Shown: one piece after another, positions 15,988 to 26,702 of the stretch
How positions within the stretch are numbered: position 1 is the first letter of the stretch
Layout: each line of letters starts with the position of its first letter
Source of the DNA: a virus
Lineage: Duplodnaviria > Caudoviricetes
IMG/VR virus record: IMGVR_UViG_3300011008_000049
Span: 32,001 to 96,000 of that record
DNA length: 64,000 nt
Strand: one strand, 5' to 3'
Position numbers and translations under genes: made by a program
The notes under the pieces: model-generated
Told to the model about the DNA's origin: nothing
Database searches by the model: none
The model's input: the letters and a program-made list of their open reading frames with translations, nothing else

Positions 15988-16590
15988 ATGGGAAAGAATT
16001 TTTATATTTCAGATTTACACCTGTTTCATGATAATGTTTTGAAGAATGGCAGATTTCACGAAAGACCATTTGAAACAATGGATGAAATGCTTGCAGAGTT
16101 AAAAGATAGATGGAACAACGTTGTAACAAACGCAGATACGGTTTATTTACTCGGAGATGTTTCACATAAAGGTAATCCGGTTGAAGTTGCGGAATATCTC
16201 TCACAGTTAAGAGGACAGATTGTGCTTGTTAAAGGGAATCACGATTCTATTAAAGACCAAAGGTTAAGAAAGCAATTCTCTGAAATATGTGATTATAAAG
16301 AAATTGTTGATAACATTGATGGCAGAGCGTATTCGGTTATTATGAGTCATTATCCTATATTTAGTTGGAAAGGACAATTTAGAGGCGCTATTCACCTATA
16401 TGGTCATGTTCATGATAACGAAGATGAGGATTTGTACCAGAGCGCAATCAGAATGTTAGACAAACATTTTGAAGAAAGAGATTCAGAACACCACAAACAA
16501 TTTAGAGCTTTCAATGTTGGCTGTATGATTTCATATATGGATTATACGCCGAGAACATTAAAGGAATTGCTGGAAAGCAATAAGGAGTAA
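15988..16590 (+). CDS. calcineurin-like metallophosphoesterase
   Basis: SDLH, LGD, GNHD, HYP, GHVH. Confidence 0.9.
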   Translation: MGKNFYISDLHLFHDNVLKNGRFHERPFETMDEMLAELKDRWNNVVTNADTVYLLGDVSHKGNPVEVAEYLSQLRGQIVLVKGNHDSIKDQRLRKQFSEICDYKEIVDNIDGRAYSVIMSHYPIFSWKGQFRGAIHLYGHVHDNEDEDLYQSAIRMLDKHFEERDSEHHKQFRAFNVGCMISYMDYTPRTLKELLESNKE

Positions 16591-16593
16591 GAA

Positions 16594-16980
16594 ATGAATG
16601 TAGATAGATGTGTCTGTTGCGGAGAATATGTTCCTGAAGGTAGCATGGTTTGTAGAAGTTGTGCTTGCAAATCGGGGGCATTCGACCAAGTTAAATGGGA
16701 AAGAGATATAGCCATTTCGCAATTAAAAGATTATGGTGTTTCTCTTGGAGAGAAAGCAGAACTTAAAAAGGTAATTCATGCTAAATGGGTTACATTTGTT
16801 GGTTTCTTACATAACTTTTGTTCTCATTGTGGCTACAAGGTTAAAAATAGGACAAATTATTGTCCCGAATGCGGAGCAACAATGGATAAAGAATCGGTTT
16901 ATTCTTTCGCGTTTCGCGGTGTGCCATCATTAACTGCGCCAAATTATAGAAAGGTAAAGAAAGAAAAGGTTTTAGGTTAA
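16594..16980 (+). CDS. zinc-finger protein
   Basis: multiple CxxC pairs. Confidence 0.55.
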   Translation: MNVDRCVCCGEYVPEGSMVCRSCACKSGAFDQVKWERDIAISQLKDYGVSLGEKAELKKVIHAKWVTFVGFLHNFCSHCGYKVKNRTNYCPECGATMDKESVYSFAFRGVPSLTAPNYRKVKKEKVLG

Positions 16981-16981
16981 T

Positions 16982-17431
16982 ATGAAAAAGTTAATTTCTA
17001 TTTTAATGTGTATTGTATTATGCTTTGCGTTTGCCGGATGCTCCGGAAAAACAGATGACACAAATACAACGGTTGAAGAAACCGAATATAGTCCTTATTC
17101 AGAGGAAAAATATGAGAGGATTATGGTTGACTTTGCAACAAATGATAATGGTTTCTATTCTCTTTATGCTGATGTGACTCTCGGATATTATGAAAACGAA
17201 TTGGCAGAGGTCTTTATTGAAAATCCTGCACTTCTCGCATTTAAGGTGTCAGATATATATAGCGGCGGTGTTTGTCTTATTGACGGAGTAGACATTACAT
17301 TGTTAATAAACAAGTTAAATCTTGCACAAGAAGCCATCAACAATAACGATTTAGAGTCTGCGAAAGAGTATATTGCAAATGTTTTGGAATTCATTAAAAA
17401 TCAACCCATTTATGATTACTGCCCGACATGA
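16982..17431 (+). CDS. putative lipoprotein
   Basis: signal peptide with FAGC lipobox. Confidence 0.65.
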   Translation: MKKLISILMCIVLCFAFAGCSGKTDDTNTTVEETEYSPYSEEKYERIMVDFATNDNGFYSLYADVTLGYYENELAEVFIENPALLAFKVSDIYSGGVCLIDGVDITLLINKLNLAQEAINNNDLESAKEYIANVLEFIKNQPIYDYCPT

Positions 17432-17441
17432 GGTGAACGAT

Positions 17442-18194
17442 ATGAACGGATTTGTAAAACCAACGAGTAAGAATATTTCCGACTCCGATTATATAACAAA
17501 ATTAGTCAACGCAAATCTCCACAAGGATTTACATGATAATGAAGAAATCTGTCAGCACTGCCATGGTACAGGAATGGTTGTTGTAGATAATCCGTATGGT
17601 CTTTCTGATGACCCTGAAAAACATATCGGAAATATGTTTCCATACAAACATCAATCAATTTCATTTTGTCCGCATTGTTATAATGGCATTGTTCATAGAT
17701 GTAGTATTTGCGGAAATCTTATTAAAAGAGGATTTACAAAGTGCGATTGTGACGGTCAGAAAGCAATTGACAGCGAAAAGAGAAGGCAAAAGTTAAAAGA
17801 GGAACTTGATAATGCTCCGATTGCTCCAAAGGAAATAGAAGATTCTATGGAATGCTTTTACTCTGATTGTTATGGATATAATGAAGGTTATTTCTTTGGA
17901 TGGGACGAATTCTTTGATTATTGGTTTGAAAACGAACCCGGCATTGAAAGACCAGAATTCGTATGGATTACAGAACCGGTTGAAATGTCAATAGATGCAA
18001 TGGACATTATCGAAAATGCAACCGAAGATTTGTATGAAGATGCAATTGATAGCATTTCAGATGAATCAAGGAAAGAGTTACAAGAATACCTTGATTCATG
18101 GTGTAAGACTTGTGGTGTTGGTACTACATATTATGAAAGCCATAAATATAAGGTAAGAATACCGTGGGAGTCAGCAGATGATTATAGAAATTGA
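17442..18194 (+). CDS. protein with DnaJ-type CxxCxGxG zinc finger
   Basis: CQHCHGTG, CPHCYNG; RBS GAGGTG. Confidence 0.6.
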   Translation: MNGFVKPTSKNISDSDYITKLVNANLHKDLHDNEEICQHCHGTGMVVVDNPYGLSDDPEKHIGNMFPYKHQSISFCPHCYNGIVHRCSICGNLIKRGFTKCDCDGQKAIDSEKRRQKLKEELDNAPIAPKEIEDSMECFYSDCYGYNEGYFFGWDEFFDYWFENEPGIERPEFVWITEPVEMSIDAMDIIENATEDLYEDAIDSISDESRKELQEYLDSWCKTCGVGTTYYESHKYKVRIPWESADDYRN

Positions 18195-18588
18195 AGATAG
18201 ATATATTGAAGAACTTAAATATAAAATTCGAGAGTTGAAAGAAGAAAACGCAAAGTTATCAGATAAATTGCGTTTAGCAGAGCAAGATAAGGAACATTTG
18301 TCTTTTAGAATTAAAAATGAGTTAGAGCCGAGGATTAAGGCAGAAGAAAGAGCGTATGATACTTATGTCTTGACAGACCATGCAGCAGAGGTGGCAGACA
18401 GCTTTTGTGGTAAAGTAGACGAACTTATTGAAATGGTTCAAGATAACAACAATTATTTTGTGTGGGATGATTCCGATGGCGATTTGTATGAGAAAATTCT
18501 TTCTTTGATTAAAAATAAAGGTAATTGCCAGGAAGATGACGTAAGCGTTTTTGCAGATGGTTCAGTACAATTAAAATTGGAGATATAA
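18178..18588 (+). CDS. coiled-coil hypothetical protein
   Basis: ORF in operon. Confidence 0.55.
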   Translation: MIIEIEDRYIEELKYKIRELKEENAKLSDKLRLAEQDKEHLSFRIKNELEPRIKAEERAYDTYVLTDHAAEVADSFCGKVDELIEMVQDNNNYFVWDDSDGDLYEKILSLIKNKGNCQEDDVSVFADGSVQLKLEI

Positions 18589-18589
18589 T

Positions 18590-20584
18590 ATGAGCAAAAT
18601 TGATACAATCAAAGATTTAATTACGCGGTTAAACAAATATAGAGACTCTTATTACAACAGGAATGAGAGTCTTATTTCTGATAAAGAGTATGACAGTATG
18701 TTTGATAAGTTGATTGAGTTAGAGAAAGAAACTGGAATTGTATTCTCAAACTCTCCGACACAGACGGTTGGCTATACGAGTGTGAGCCAACTTAAAAAGG
18801 TAAAACATAATCATCCTCTTTTATCACTTGACAAAACAACCGATATTGCGGAATTCACAGACTATTTTGATAATCATGACAGTCTTGTTATGGCAAAACT
18901 TGACGGTTTAACCTGTTCCCTACTTTACAGCAACGGTGAATTTGTCAGAGCCGAAAGTCGTGGAGATGGTGAAACCGGTGAGGACATCACACATAATGCG
19001 AAAGTGTTCGCAAATCTTCCTATGAAGATACCGTTTGATGGAGATATTGTTGTAGATGGAGAATGTATTATCACATATGATGAATTCAACAAAATCAACG
19101 AAAGAGAAAATACAGAATACAAAAATCCGAGAAATCTTGTAAGCGGTTCTGTTCGTCAGTTGAATAGTGAGATTGCAAAGAATAGGAACATTATCTTTAT
19201 TGCATGGAGATTACATAGTATAACAATGCCGGATGGTTCTGATTATCCAATCCGTTCTCATGCGGAAAGTTTTCGATGGTTAAAGGACTATGGATTTGAT
19301 GTTGTGCCTCATATTCTCGTAAAAGATGGAGACAGTACAAGTTTTGAAAAAGCCATTGATAATGTTAAATCAGAATGTGAAAGTAAAACGATTCCAATTG
19401 ATGGCGCTGTTGGAATGTTTGATGATGTTAAATATGGAAATAGCCTCGGAAGAACCGGTCATCATCCGCGCCATTCTCTTGCATTTAAGTTTTATCAAGA
19501 AGATAATGAAACAACATTATTAGATATTGAATGGTCAACCAGTAGGACTGGACTTGTTAATCCTGTTGCTATATTTGAGCCGACAGAAATTGACGGAACA
19601 ACGGTTACGAGAGCTACATTGAATAATGTAAGCATTATTAAAGAGTTAGAACTTGGAATCGGAGATAAAATTACTGTAATAAAGGCAAATCAAATTATTC
19701 CAAAAGTTACGCAGAATTTGACGAGAAGCAATTCTTATAAAATCCCAACGGAATGTCCGGTCTGTGGTAGTAAACTTGTTATCAAAAATGATAACGGTAG
19801 AGAGATGCTTTATTGCACAAACAATTATTGTCCTGCAATTATTCATGATAAGATTGCGAATTTTGCAACAAGAGATGGAATGAATATAGTTGGTATTTCA
19901 GAGGAACGCCTCCGTTCTCTTATGGATATGGGATTTGTTACAGATTTTGCAAGTCTATATAATCTTTACACTCATAGGGATGAGATTGCGAAAGAAAAAG
20001 GATGGGGCGATTCAAGCATTGATTCTCTTTTGCAAGCAATTGAAGAAAGCAAAAAGTGTAAACTGCAAAATGTGATTATTGCTATCGGCATTCCAGGAAT
20101 CGGTAAGTCTGCTGCAAAGTCAATTTCTGAATACATCAATGAAAAATATCTTGATAAGAGTTTGAATTTATATAAGACTTTCCTCTTGCTTGCGCTCGAT
20201 AATCACGATTGGTCAACACTTCCTGGATTTGGTAAAAACACAAGCGATAGTATTAACCAGTATGTAAAAGAAAACTATAATGAGCTTGAATCATTGGTTC
20301 ATATTATTAAGTTGGTCGGAGATAATGTTTCGGTTGGCAAAGTTCCAGGAAAACACAATGGAAAAACATTTTGTATTACCGGAAAACTCGAACATTTTGA
20401 TAATAGAAATGCACTTGTATATGATATTGAATCCAATGGTGGTATTGTTGTATCTGGTGTGAGCGCAAAAACGAATTATCTTATTACAAATGATAAGAAC
20501 TCCGGAAGCTCAAAGAATAAAGCAGCAGAAAAATACGGAACAAAAATCATAAGTGAATTAGAATACATTATGGGTCAGTTATAA
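18590..20584 (+). CDS. ligA: NAD-dependent DNA ligase
   Basis: KLDG, RGDG.GEDIT, NPRN, Zn finger, BRCT. Confidence 0.96.
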   Translation: MSKIDTIKDLITRLNKYRDSYYNRNESLISDKEYDSMFDKLIELEKETGIVFSNSPTQTVGYTSVSQLKKVKHNHPLLSLDKTTDIAEFTDYFDNHDSLVMAKLDGLTCSLLYSNGEFVRAESRGDGETGEDITHNAKVFANLPMKIPFDGDIVVDGECIITYDEFNKINERENTEYKNPRNLVSGSVRQLNSEIAKNRNIIFIAWRLHSITMPDGSDYPIRSHAESFRWLKDYGFDVVPHILVKDGDSTSFEKAIDNVKSECESKTIPIDGAVGMFDDVKYGNSLGRTGHHPRHSLAFKFYQEDNETTLLDIEWSTSRTGLVNPVAIFEPTEIDGTTVTRATLNNVSIIKELELGIGDKITVIKANQIIPKVTQNLTRSNSYKIPTECPVCGSKLVIKNDNGREMLYCTNNYCPAIIHDKIANFATRDGMNIVGISEERLRSLMDMGFVTDFASLYNLYTHRDEIAKEKGWGDSSIDSLLQAIEESKKCKLQNVIIAIGIPGIGKSAAKSISEYINEKYLDKSLNLYKTFLLLALDNHDWSTLPGFGKNTSDSINQYVKENYNELESLVHIIKLVGDNVSVGKVPGKHNGKTFCITGKLEHFDNRNALVYDIESNGGIVVSGVSAKTNYLITNDKNSGSSKNKAAEKYGTKIISELEYIMGQL

Positions 20585-20632
20585 GTAGAATGTCAAGAGG
20601 TGAAATCTTATAAAATAATTTGTAAAAACCTC

Positions 20633-20661
20633 TTGACATATCTGTAATGATGTGGTATAAT
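20633..20661 (+). promoter_or_regulatory. sigma-A promoter
   Basis: TTGACA-17-TATAAT with TG. Confidence 0.85.
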
Positions 20662-20863
20662 GATGATGTCGTTGAAAAGGCGACAATTTATTAAAGCATT
20701 AAAAATAAGATGGAACAACACGGAAACATAAATAAAATACCGCTTTTATCATCAGAAAACGGTATTCAAGCCCTCAATTATTGGGAGTCAAACTTCACAA
20801 TAATAGATAGAAAATATGTATTTGTATTGCAAAATGCTTAAAAATAAGGAGTTTTAATAGTAC

Positions 20864-21868
20864 ATGGAAAATAAAAGCGGTACTTCAAAACCAAAAGGAT
20901 ATGAACTTGTAAACTTTTGTGAATTTGATAAATACGCAGCTACAAGTTATTGCGCAATTCACGGAGTAGATGAGAGTTTTAATCTTGGAGACATTACAAA
21001 AGTAGACGAAACAAAAATATCACCGTTTACAATGATTTGCGGTGGTAGTCCATGTCAAGATTTTAGCGTAGCCGGAAGGCAAGCCGGAAGTAAATGGAGA
21101 TGTACGGATTGTGGTTGTGAATACAATCCATTAACCGTTCACTATTCTGTAAGGCATAAATGCCCTAACTGTGGTTGTGAATACAATCCATTAACCGTTC
21201 ACTATTCTGTAAGGCATAAATGCCCTAACTGTGGTAAAGAAAATCTTGACAAATCAAGAAGTTCATTATTGGTTGAATGGTTGAGGGTAATTAGAGCCAA
21301 TAAACCAAAATGGGGAATCTATGAGAATGTAAAGAACATTGTCGGAAAGCAATTCAGAAATACTTTTAATATGTTTATTGAGGAATTGCATGAGTACGGC
21401 TACAATACATATTTCAAAGTTCTTAATTCAAAAGATTTTGGTGTTCCTCAAAACAGAGAGCGTGTATATCTCATAATTATCTTAAAAGAATTAGACAATG
21501 GCAAGTTTTCATTTCCTACCGGATTTGAGAGCGATATTTGCCTAAAAGACGTTCTTGAAGATGAAGTTGATGAAAAATACTATGTTAATACACCAAAGGC
21601 AAAAGAATTAATTGATGACCTTATTCAAAGCGGCAAATTAGATAAAGATGTTTCTAATACCGTAAGAGCCGGGGGGGAGAGGAAGTATAGACCGACATCA
21701 ATGGGATATGGTTCAGGTATGATTAAGACTGGACTATTTTCTAAACAGTGCAAAGTTTTTGATAGAGAAATTGATGTCGCTAATACTTTACTTGCCAGAG
21801 ATTATAAAGGATTTGGAAATCAAAGTATGAATGGAGTTATAGAATGCAGCAAGAAATACGAATTGTAA
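20864..21868 (+). CDS. C5-cytosine methyltransferase, catalytic part (motifs II-VIII, no motif I), Zn-ribbon insert and TRD tail
   Basis: FCEFD, GGSPCQDFS, ENV, QNRERV; G7 at 21671. Confidence 0.88.
   Translation: MENKSGTSKPKGYELVNFCEFDKYAATSYCAIHGVDESFNLGDITKVDETKISPFTMICGGSPCQDFSVAGRQAGSKWRCTDCGCEYNPLTVHYSVRHKCPNCGCEYNPLTVHYSVRHKCPNCGKENLDKSRSSLLVEWLRVIRANKPKWGIYENVKNIVGKQFRNTFNMFIEELHEYGYNTYFKVLNSKDFGVPQNRERVYLIIILKELDNGKFSFPTGFESDICLKDVLEDEVDEKYYVNTPKAKELIDDLIQSGKLDKDVSNTVRAGGERKYRPTSMGYGSGMIKTGLFSKQCKVFDREIDVANTLLARDYKGFGNQSMNGVIECSKKYEL
21110..21235 (+). repeat. exact 60-bp tandem duplication
   Basis: two identical copies encoding CGCEYNPLTVHYSVRHKCPN. Confidence 0.95.
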
Positions 21869-22180
21869 ATGTTCTTGGTAGATTGATTCCCGAATCTGGC
21901 AAGATTCATCAAAATCAAGAAGTTTACTTAACATTCGGGGGGAGCATAATGTGTACTGTCAAAGCGACACATTACAAAGACCCACCAAAAGTAATGTATG
22001 TTCTGATGTGGTTAATAAAAATGAAGAAAAGTAGAGATATTATTAGACTAATACACCGAGGTTCGGGGGACAGCAAGGATGGATTTATTCAGTAAATGGA
22101 TTGATGTCAACAATTCCTGCTTCTGGCTATAAAGACCCGCCGAAAATTGTTGTAATAGACGAAAAGAGAAAATGTGATGA
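21844..22180 (+). pseudogene. TRD-like mini-gene(s), second module out of frame at G5 (22065)
   Basis: TVKATHYKDPPK in frame; STIPASGYKDPPK needs +1 G. Confidence 0.6.
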
Positions 22181-22920
22181 ACAAGATAATTCAGATAGGA
22201 AACATGAGAGATGATACCAAAAATTTCTCAAATCCGCAAACCGGCAGAGTGTATTCGACTGATGGAATCGCACCAACAATTAACACTTGTCAGGGGGAGG
22301 CAGAGAACCAAAGGTATTGGTCGAGGTGGTTAATATGAAAATTGTATGCGAAAGGCGAACCGATGAAGGACTCCGAACATTTAAGGATAATGTAGTAGGA
22401 ACAATCCGAACCATTGATTCGGGGGTGATAAGCGAGTGATTGAAAATAGTAAACATAGTTCTGGTTATCGAATTAGAAAACTTACACCAAAAGAATGTTG
22501 GAGATTGATGGGATTTTCTGATGATGATTATGAACGAGCAAGAAAGGCGTTAAACGAAAGGTTTTATAAAGGTAAGAACAAATCAAGTTCTCAATTATAT
22601 AAACAAGCTGGAAATTCAATAGTAACAGATGTCTTATATTACATATTTAAGGAACTATATTCCGCTATGCCGTATCTATTCGATGATTTGAAAGTTAGCA
22701 GCTATTTTTCCGGCATTGGTGCATTTGAAATTGCACTTGATAGGCTGTTCAATGATGATGTAGGCAATAAAGAATTAACCGGTTCATCCGGGGGAGAGAA
22801 ATTATTATCTATGATGACTACAACAGCAATATAAGAGCAGACCAAAATACAATAGGAACAATCACAACCAATATAGGCAGTAACAGTTTAAGGAACGCAT
22901 ATAAACTGATAGAGCCTTAA
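22177..22920 (+). pseudogene. C5-MTase C-terminal part (motifs IX-X, then motif I) with TRD-like modules; frameshifts at G5 22293, 22421, 22790
   Basis: IRKLTPKECWRLMGF, YKQAGNSI, then YFSGIGAFE; intact sub-ORF 22436-22834. Confidence 0.8.
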
Positions 22921-23146
22921 ATTATTTGGTTTATAGATAAGATAGAATAATACGCAAAAGGATAAATAAAATGAAAAATTGTAAATATGAGCAAGGCAAT
23001 TCAAGAAACAAATATATTCGATGTACTCTTGATAACTCTTTAAGAAATACAGAAAAGAGTTGCGGATATTTTTGTCCTAAATATAAGAAATCATTTTGGA
23101 AGAAGATTTCCGAATGGTTTAGAGGATATTAAAAGGAGTTTTACAA

Positions 23147-23673
23147 ATGGTAATTAACCGAGTATGGGCTATGCCTAATAGTAATACGTTTAGTATTCCT
23201 CCCATTGCTAAACTTGTGAATAGATACACGGCGCAGGGGGTAAAAGCAAAGTAATTGTAGACCCATTTGCTAATGGTTGCAAAATTGGGACGATTACAAA
23301 TGACCTTAATCCAAAATTTGATACTACATATCATTTAGATGCTCTTGACTTTTTGAAACTGCTTGATGATGATTCGGCAGATGTTGTTTTATATGACCCG
23401 CCATATTCTTTACGGCAAGTAAAAGAATGTTATGAAGGTGTCGGTGTAACTGTAACAGCAGAACATACAAAATCATCATGGAGAGCGAAACATCTTGATG
23501 AAATATCAAGAATCTTAAAACCAGGCGGAGTTTGTTTGTGCTTTGGATGGAACACAAATGGTGTAGGCAAGAAACGCGGTTTTGAGATGATTGAAGTTCT
23601 CATTGTTCCGCACGGTGGCAGTAAAAACGATACTCTCTGTACCGTGGAAGTCAAAAAGAGCAATGAAGAATAG
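23147..23673 (+). pseudogene. adenine-specific methyltransferase, frameshifted at G5 (23236-23240)
   Basis: WAMPN..TFSI, DPFA, DPPYS; +1 G restores frame. Confidence 0.8.
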
Positions 23674-23854
23674 GAAACCAATTTGTCTAAATAGTAAAGG
23701 CGGACGAAATGGTATTCCAGGATTACAACCATCATTGAAAGATAGGGTTTATAGTACAGATGGTGTTTCGTGCGCCATAACAACTTCTGAATTCTTTATG
23801 CCATGTTATTTGGTTAGAGATAAAGAAGTGAAAGGAAAGAACAATGAGAATTAA
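23663..23854 (+). CDS. stand-alone C5-MTase TRD-like peptide
   Basis: QPSLKDRVYSTDGVSCAITT resembles RVYSTDGIAPTINT of the 22177 module. Confidence 0.55.
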   Translation: MKNRKPICLNSKGGRNGIPGLQPSLKDRVYSTDGVSCAITTSEFFMPCYLVRDKEVKGKNNEN

Positions 23855-24215
23855 AAGGTATTCAATTAGAGATGGAACGACAATTGAGGATATTAAATCT
23901 GCCGGTGGTAGAGATGGTGGCACATGGATAAACAAAGAATCAAAGTTGTTTATTTCAAAATATTGTGAGTATAAACCTACACAATTTGAATTTTCAATCG
24001 GTATTGCATTTAAGGATAATTTAGCAGATTGGAATGACTTTGATAATGTGCTGGTTTTAGATGAAGATTTCTGTCAGCCTTATACTCCATTTTACGGTGA
24101 AAATTTCGGGAAAGATATTACGAATTTTCCAACACTTGAAAACTGCATTGAACAATACAATCAGTTTATGGATAGTCTGCCATTCCTGATTGAAGATAAA
24201 ACGAAGAAAGGATGA
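23844..24215 (+). CDS. hypothetical protein
   Basis: VLDEDFCQPY motif, RBS. Confidence 0.55.
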   Translation: MRIKRYSIRDGTTIEDIKSAGGRDGGTWINKESKLFISKYCEYKPTQFEFSIGIAFKDNLADWNDFDNVLVLDEDFCQPYTPFYGENFGKDITNFPTLENCIEQYNQFMDSLPFLIEDKTKKG

Positions 24216-24220
24216 TAAAA

Positions 24221-24391
24221 ATGAAGTTTGGAATTTGGCAAATCATTTATGTAGGTCTTATATTGATTGGTATTGGTATTTCCGCTGGTAAGCACGGACA
24301 GCCGAGAACCGACAAATGGAATGTTTGGGCTACATTGATTTCCGCTGCTATTGAAATTACAATTCTCGCATTTGGCGGATTCTTTGGGTAA
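24221..24391 (+). CDS. small two-TM membrane protein
   Basis: MKFGIWQIIYVGL...AFGGFFG*. Confidence 0.55.
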   Translation: MKFGIWQIIYVGLILIGIGISAGKHGQPRTDKWNVWATLISAAIEITILAFGGFFG

Positions 24392-24401
24392 GGAGATTAC
24401 T

Positions 24402-25460
24402 ATGGGATATTTCTATTCAAATGAAATTGTATTTAAGGGGCATCCAGACAAAGTGTGTGACCAAATTAGTGATGCCTTGTTAGATGCCTATTTACAGCAA
24501 GACAGAAATAGTAGATGCGGAATTGAAGTTGTTGGAGGCAAAGGCAAAATTTTCATTACTGGCGAGGTCAGTTCCAGAGGGAATATCAACATTGTAGAAA
24601 CCGTTAAAAAAACTCTGCGAGATGTAGGATATGCTGGAACTTACGATGTTGTATATGATATTGGATTTCAGTCTCCTGATATTGCGCAAGGAGTTGATGT
24701 TGGCGGAGCGGGCGACCAAGGTATGATGTTTGGCTATGCTTGTCGAGACACAGAAGAATATATACCTACTGCTATGGCTATTTTGCAGCAATTGTCTATG
24801 TTCTATGACCGTTTGAGAAGAATTGATTCTCGCTTTTTACCAGATGGTAAGGCGCAAATAACAGGTCACTATGATGACAATGACAAACTTGATTATATCA
24901 AAGACTTTGTTATTTCATATCAGAACACAGAGGAATTCCGGCAAGATACAGACCAAATTCTTAAAGACTATTGTGAGGAATTATGTTCTGAATATGGTAT
25001 TCCAATTAGAACATTTCATATCAATCCAACCGGTAAATTCTTAATCGGCGGATTTGAAGGAGATGCTGGATTGACCGGCAGAAAGATTGTTGTTGATAAC
25101 TACCATTCATTTGCTAATGTAGGCGGCGGTGCATTCTCCGGTAAAGACGGAACAAAAGTAGACAGGAGCGGAGCATATAAAGCACGTCAACTTGCTATTC
25201 GCTGGCTCAAAGAACATAAATCTGCGTATTGGTGTGAAGTTCAGTTATCTTATGCAATCGGAATGGCAAAACCTCTTGCCGTTTATGTAAGAACAAACAA
25301 TGGAGATTTCGATTGTACGGAAGAATTTGCTGATGAATGCACTCCGGCAAAGATTATTGAAGAATTTGGTCTGAACAATCCAAAGAAAATTAGATTCTTT
25401 GATACCGCTCAATTCGGTCATTTTGGTCATTCAAGTTTTCCGTGGGAGAAAACAAAATGA
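24402..25460 (+). CDS. metK: S-adenosylmethionine synthetase
   Basis: GHPDKVCDQISD, GAGDQG, GGGAFSGKD. Confidence 0.95.
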   Translation: MGYFYSNEIVFKGHPDKVCDQISDALLDAYLQQDRNSRCGIEVVGGKGKIFITGEVSSRGNINIVETVKKTLRDVGYAGTYDVVYDIGFQSPDIAQGVDVGGAGDQGMMFGYACRDTEEYIPTAMAILQQLSMFYDRLRRIDSRFLPDGKAQITGHYDDNDKLDYIKDFVISYQNTEEFRQDTDQILKDYCEELCSEYGIPIRTFHINPTGKFLIGGFEGDAGLTGRKIVVDNYHSFANVGGGAFSGKDGTKVDRSGAYKARQLAIRWLKEHKSAYWCEVQLSYAIGMAKPLAVYVRTNNGDFDCTEEFADECTPAKIIEEFGLNNPKKIRFFDTAQFGHFGHSSFPWEKTK

Positions 25461-25879
25461 CAGTTGCAAAAGATTCTGTAAGTAAAATCGAAAGTTTTTT
25501 GAAAAGATGCTTGTCACTAAAAGGATATATTATTAGTTTCTATGTTTTTGATGATGATTCTGCAAATTTTTTACTTGATACTATTAAGCAGTATTATCAA
25601 TCAATTGACGGAGATTCGGAAATTTCAGATATAATCCTTGGCTCTGTTTTAGAAATGCAGTTTTCAAATCAAAGCAAAATAAGGGTTTTCAGTAAACAGA
25701 GTATGCAACATAGTGTTCATGCAAATCTTGTGTTTATGGATTCAAGATTCAAGGAAGCATACATTAAGGAGTCAATTTTCCCAAGAATTGATAAGTTTGA
25801 TTTAGAGGAAGGGTTTTTATTGAATCCTAAACTCATCTATATAAAATTTACGGAGGAAAACAAAAATGAGAAAGATTAA
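25457..25879 (+). CDS. hypothetical protein
   Basis: ORF in operon. Confidence 0.5.
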   Translation: MTVAKDSVSKIESFLKRCLSLKGYIISFYVFDDDSANFLLDTIKQYYQSIDGDSEISDIILGSVLEMQFSNQSKIRVFSKQSMQHSVHANLVFMDSRFKEAYIKESIFPRIDKFDLEEGFLLNPKLIYIKFTEENKNEKD

Positions 25880-26108
25880 CCATCGTCAGAGGGTTACAAA
25901 CAAAACAGAGCAGGTGCTTGAACACCTTCAGAAAAACGGTTCAATTACAAGTTGGGAAGCGATTGAAAAGTATAGTGCTACAAGATTGAGTGCTATTATC
26001 TATAATCTGCGCAAAAATCATGTAATTGACAGCATTGATTCTATCTTCACTGATAGATATGGAAATCAGTCAACATTTACGAAGTATGTATATGTCGGCG
26101 CACTTTAA
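25866..26108 (+). CDS. winged-HTH protein
   Basis: GSITSWEAI...TRLSAIIYNLR. Confidence 0.7.
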   Translation: MRKINHRQRVTNKTEQVLEHLQKNGSITSWEAIEKYSATRLSAIIYNLRKNHVIDSIDSIFTDRYGNQSTFTKYVYVGAL

Positions 26109-26126
26109 TTACATAAGGAGTTATAA

Positions 26127-26702
26127 ATGAAAAAGTTAATTAGTATTACTTTGGTTCTTATTATGGTTTTGTCTTTTGGTGCGGTATTGACAGGCTGCGA
26201 TTTAGATGAGACTGTTAGTGGAACGCAACAGGACACAGCAAACACCATCGGCAACGCAAATAAGTTACAGGCGAATCAGCCAACACCAACAGATATTAAC
26301 TATTCTCTCGAAAGATATAATTTGATTCGCAGAACTTATTGGGTGAATGGTCAGAGAGAAAAGGCGAATTCACTGCCATGTGAAATTGAAAAGCCTCTTG
26401 GTTATATTGTTTTATTTTCCGGAAATGTAGTAGTTGGGAATTTTGTTGTTGATGGGAAAGTTTCGAGTCTTAATAGTTTCCTAACACCGGACAGTGAACA
26501 TTATGGAGAAACAGGAGAATATCATTATTACAACGATTGGCTTGCAGATGTTGACGGTTCATATGGTCAGAATGATAACGGAATTTTCTTCTTTACCCCC
26601 GATGGCAAATACATTGAGTGGAGCGGAGATTATCTCTATTCTGATATTCCGTTTGTAGTTGAATCTCCTGTTCTTAATGTTGGAGGCGAAACTAATAAAT
26701 GA
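26127..26702 (+). CDS. putative lipoprotein
   Basis: LTGC lipobox. Confidence 0.7.
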   Translation: MKKLISITLVLIMVLSFGAVLTGCDLDETVSGTQQDTANTIGNANKLQANQPTPTDINYSLERYNLIRRTYWVNGQREKANSLPCEIEKPLGYIVLFSGNVVVGNFVVDGKVSSLNSFLTPDSEHYGETGEYHYYNDWLADVDGSYGQNDNGIFFFTPDGKYIEWSGDYLYSDIPFVVESPVLNVGGETNK

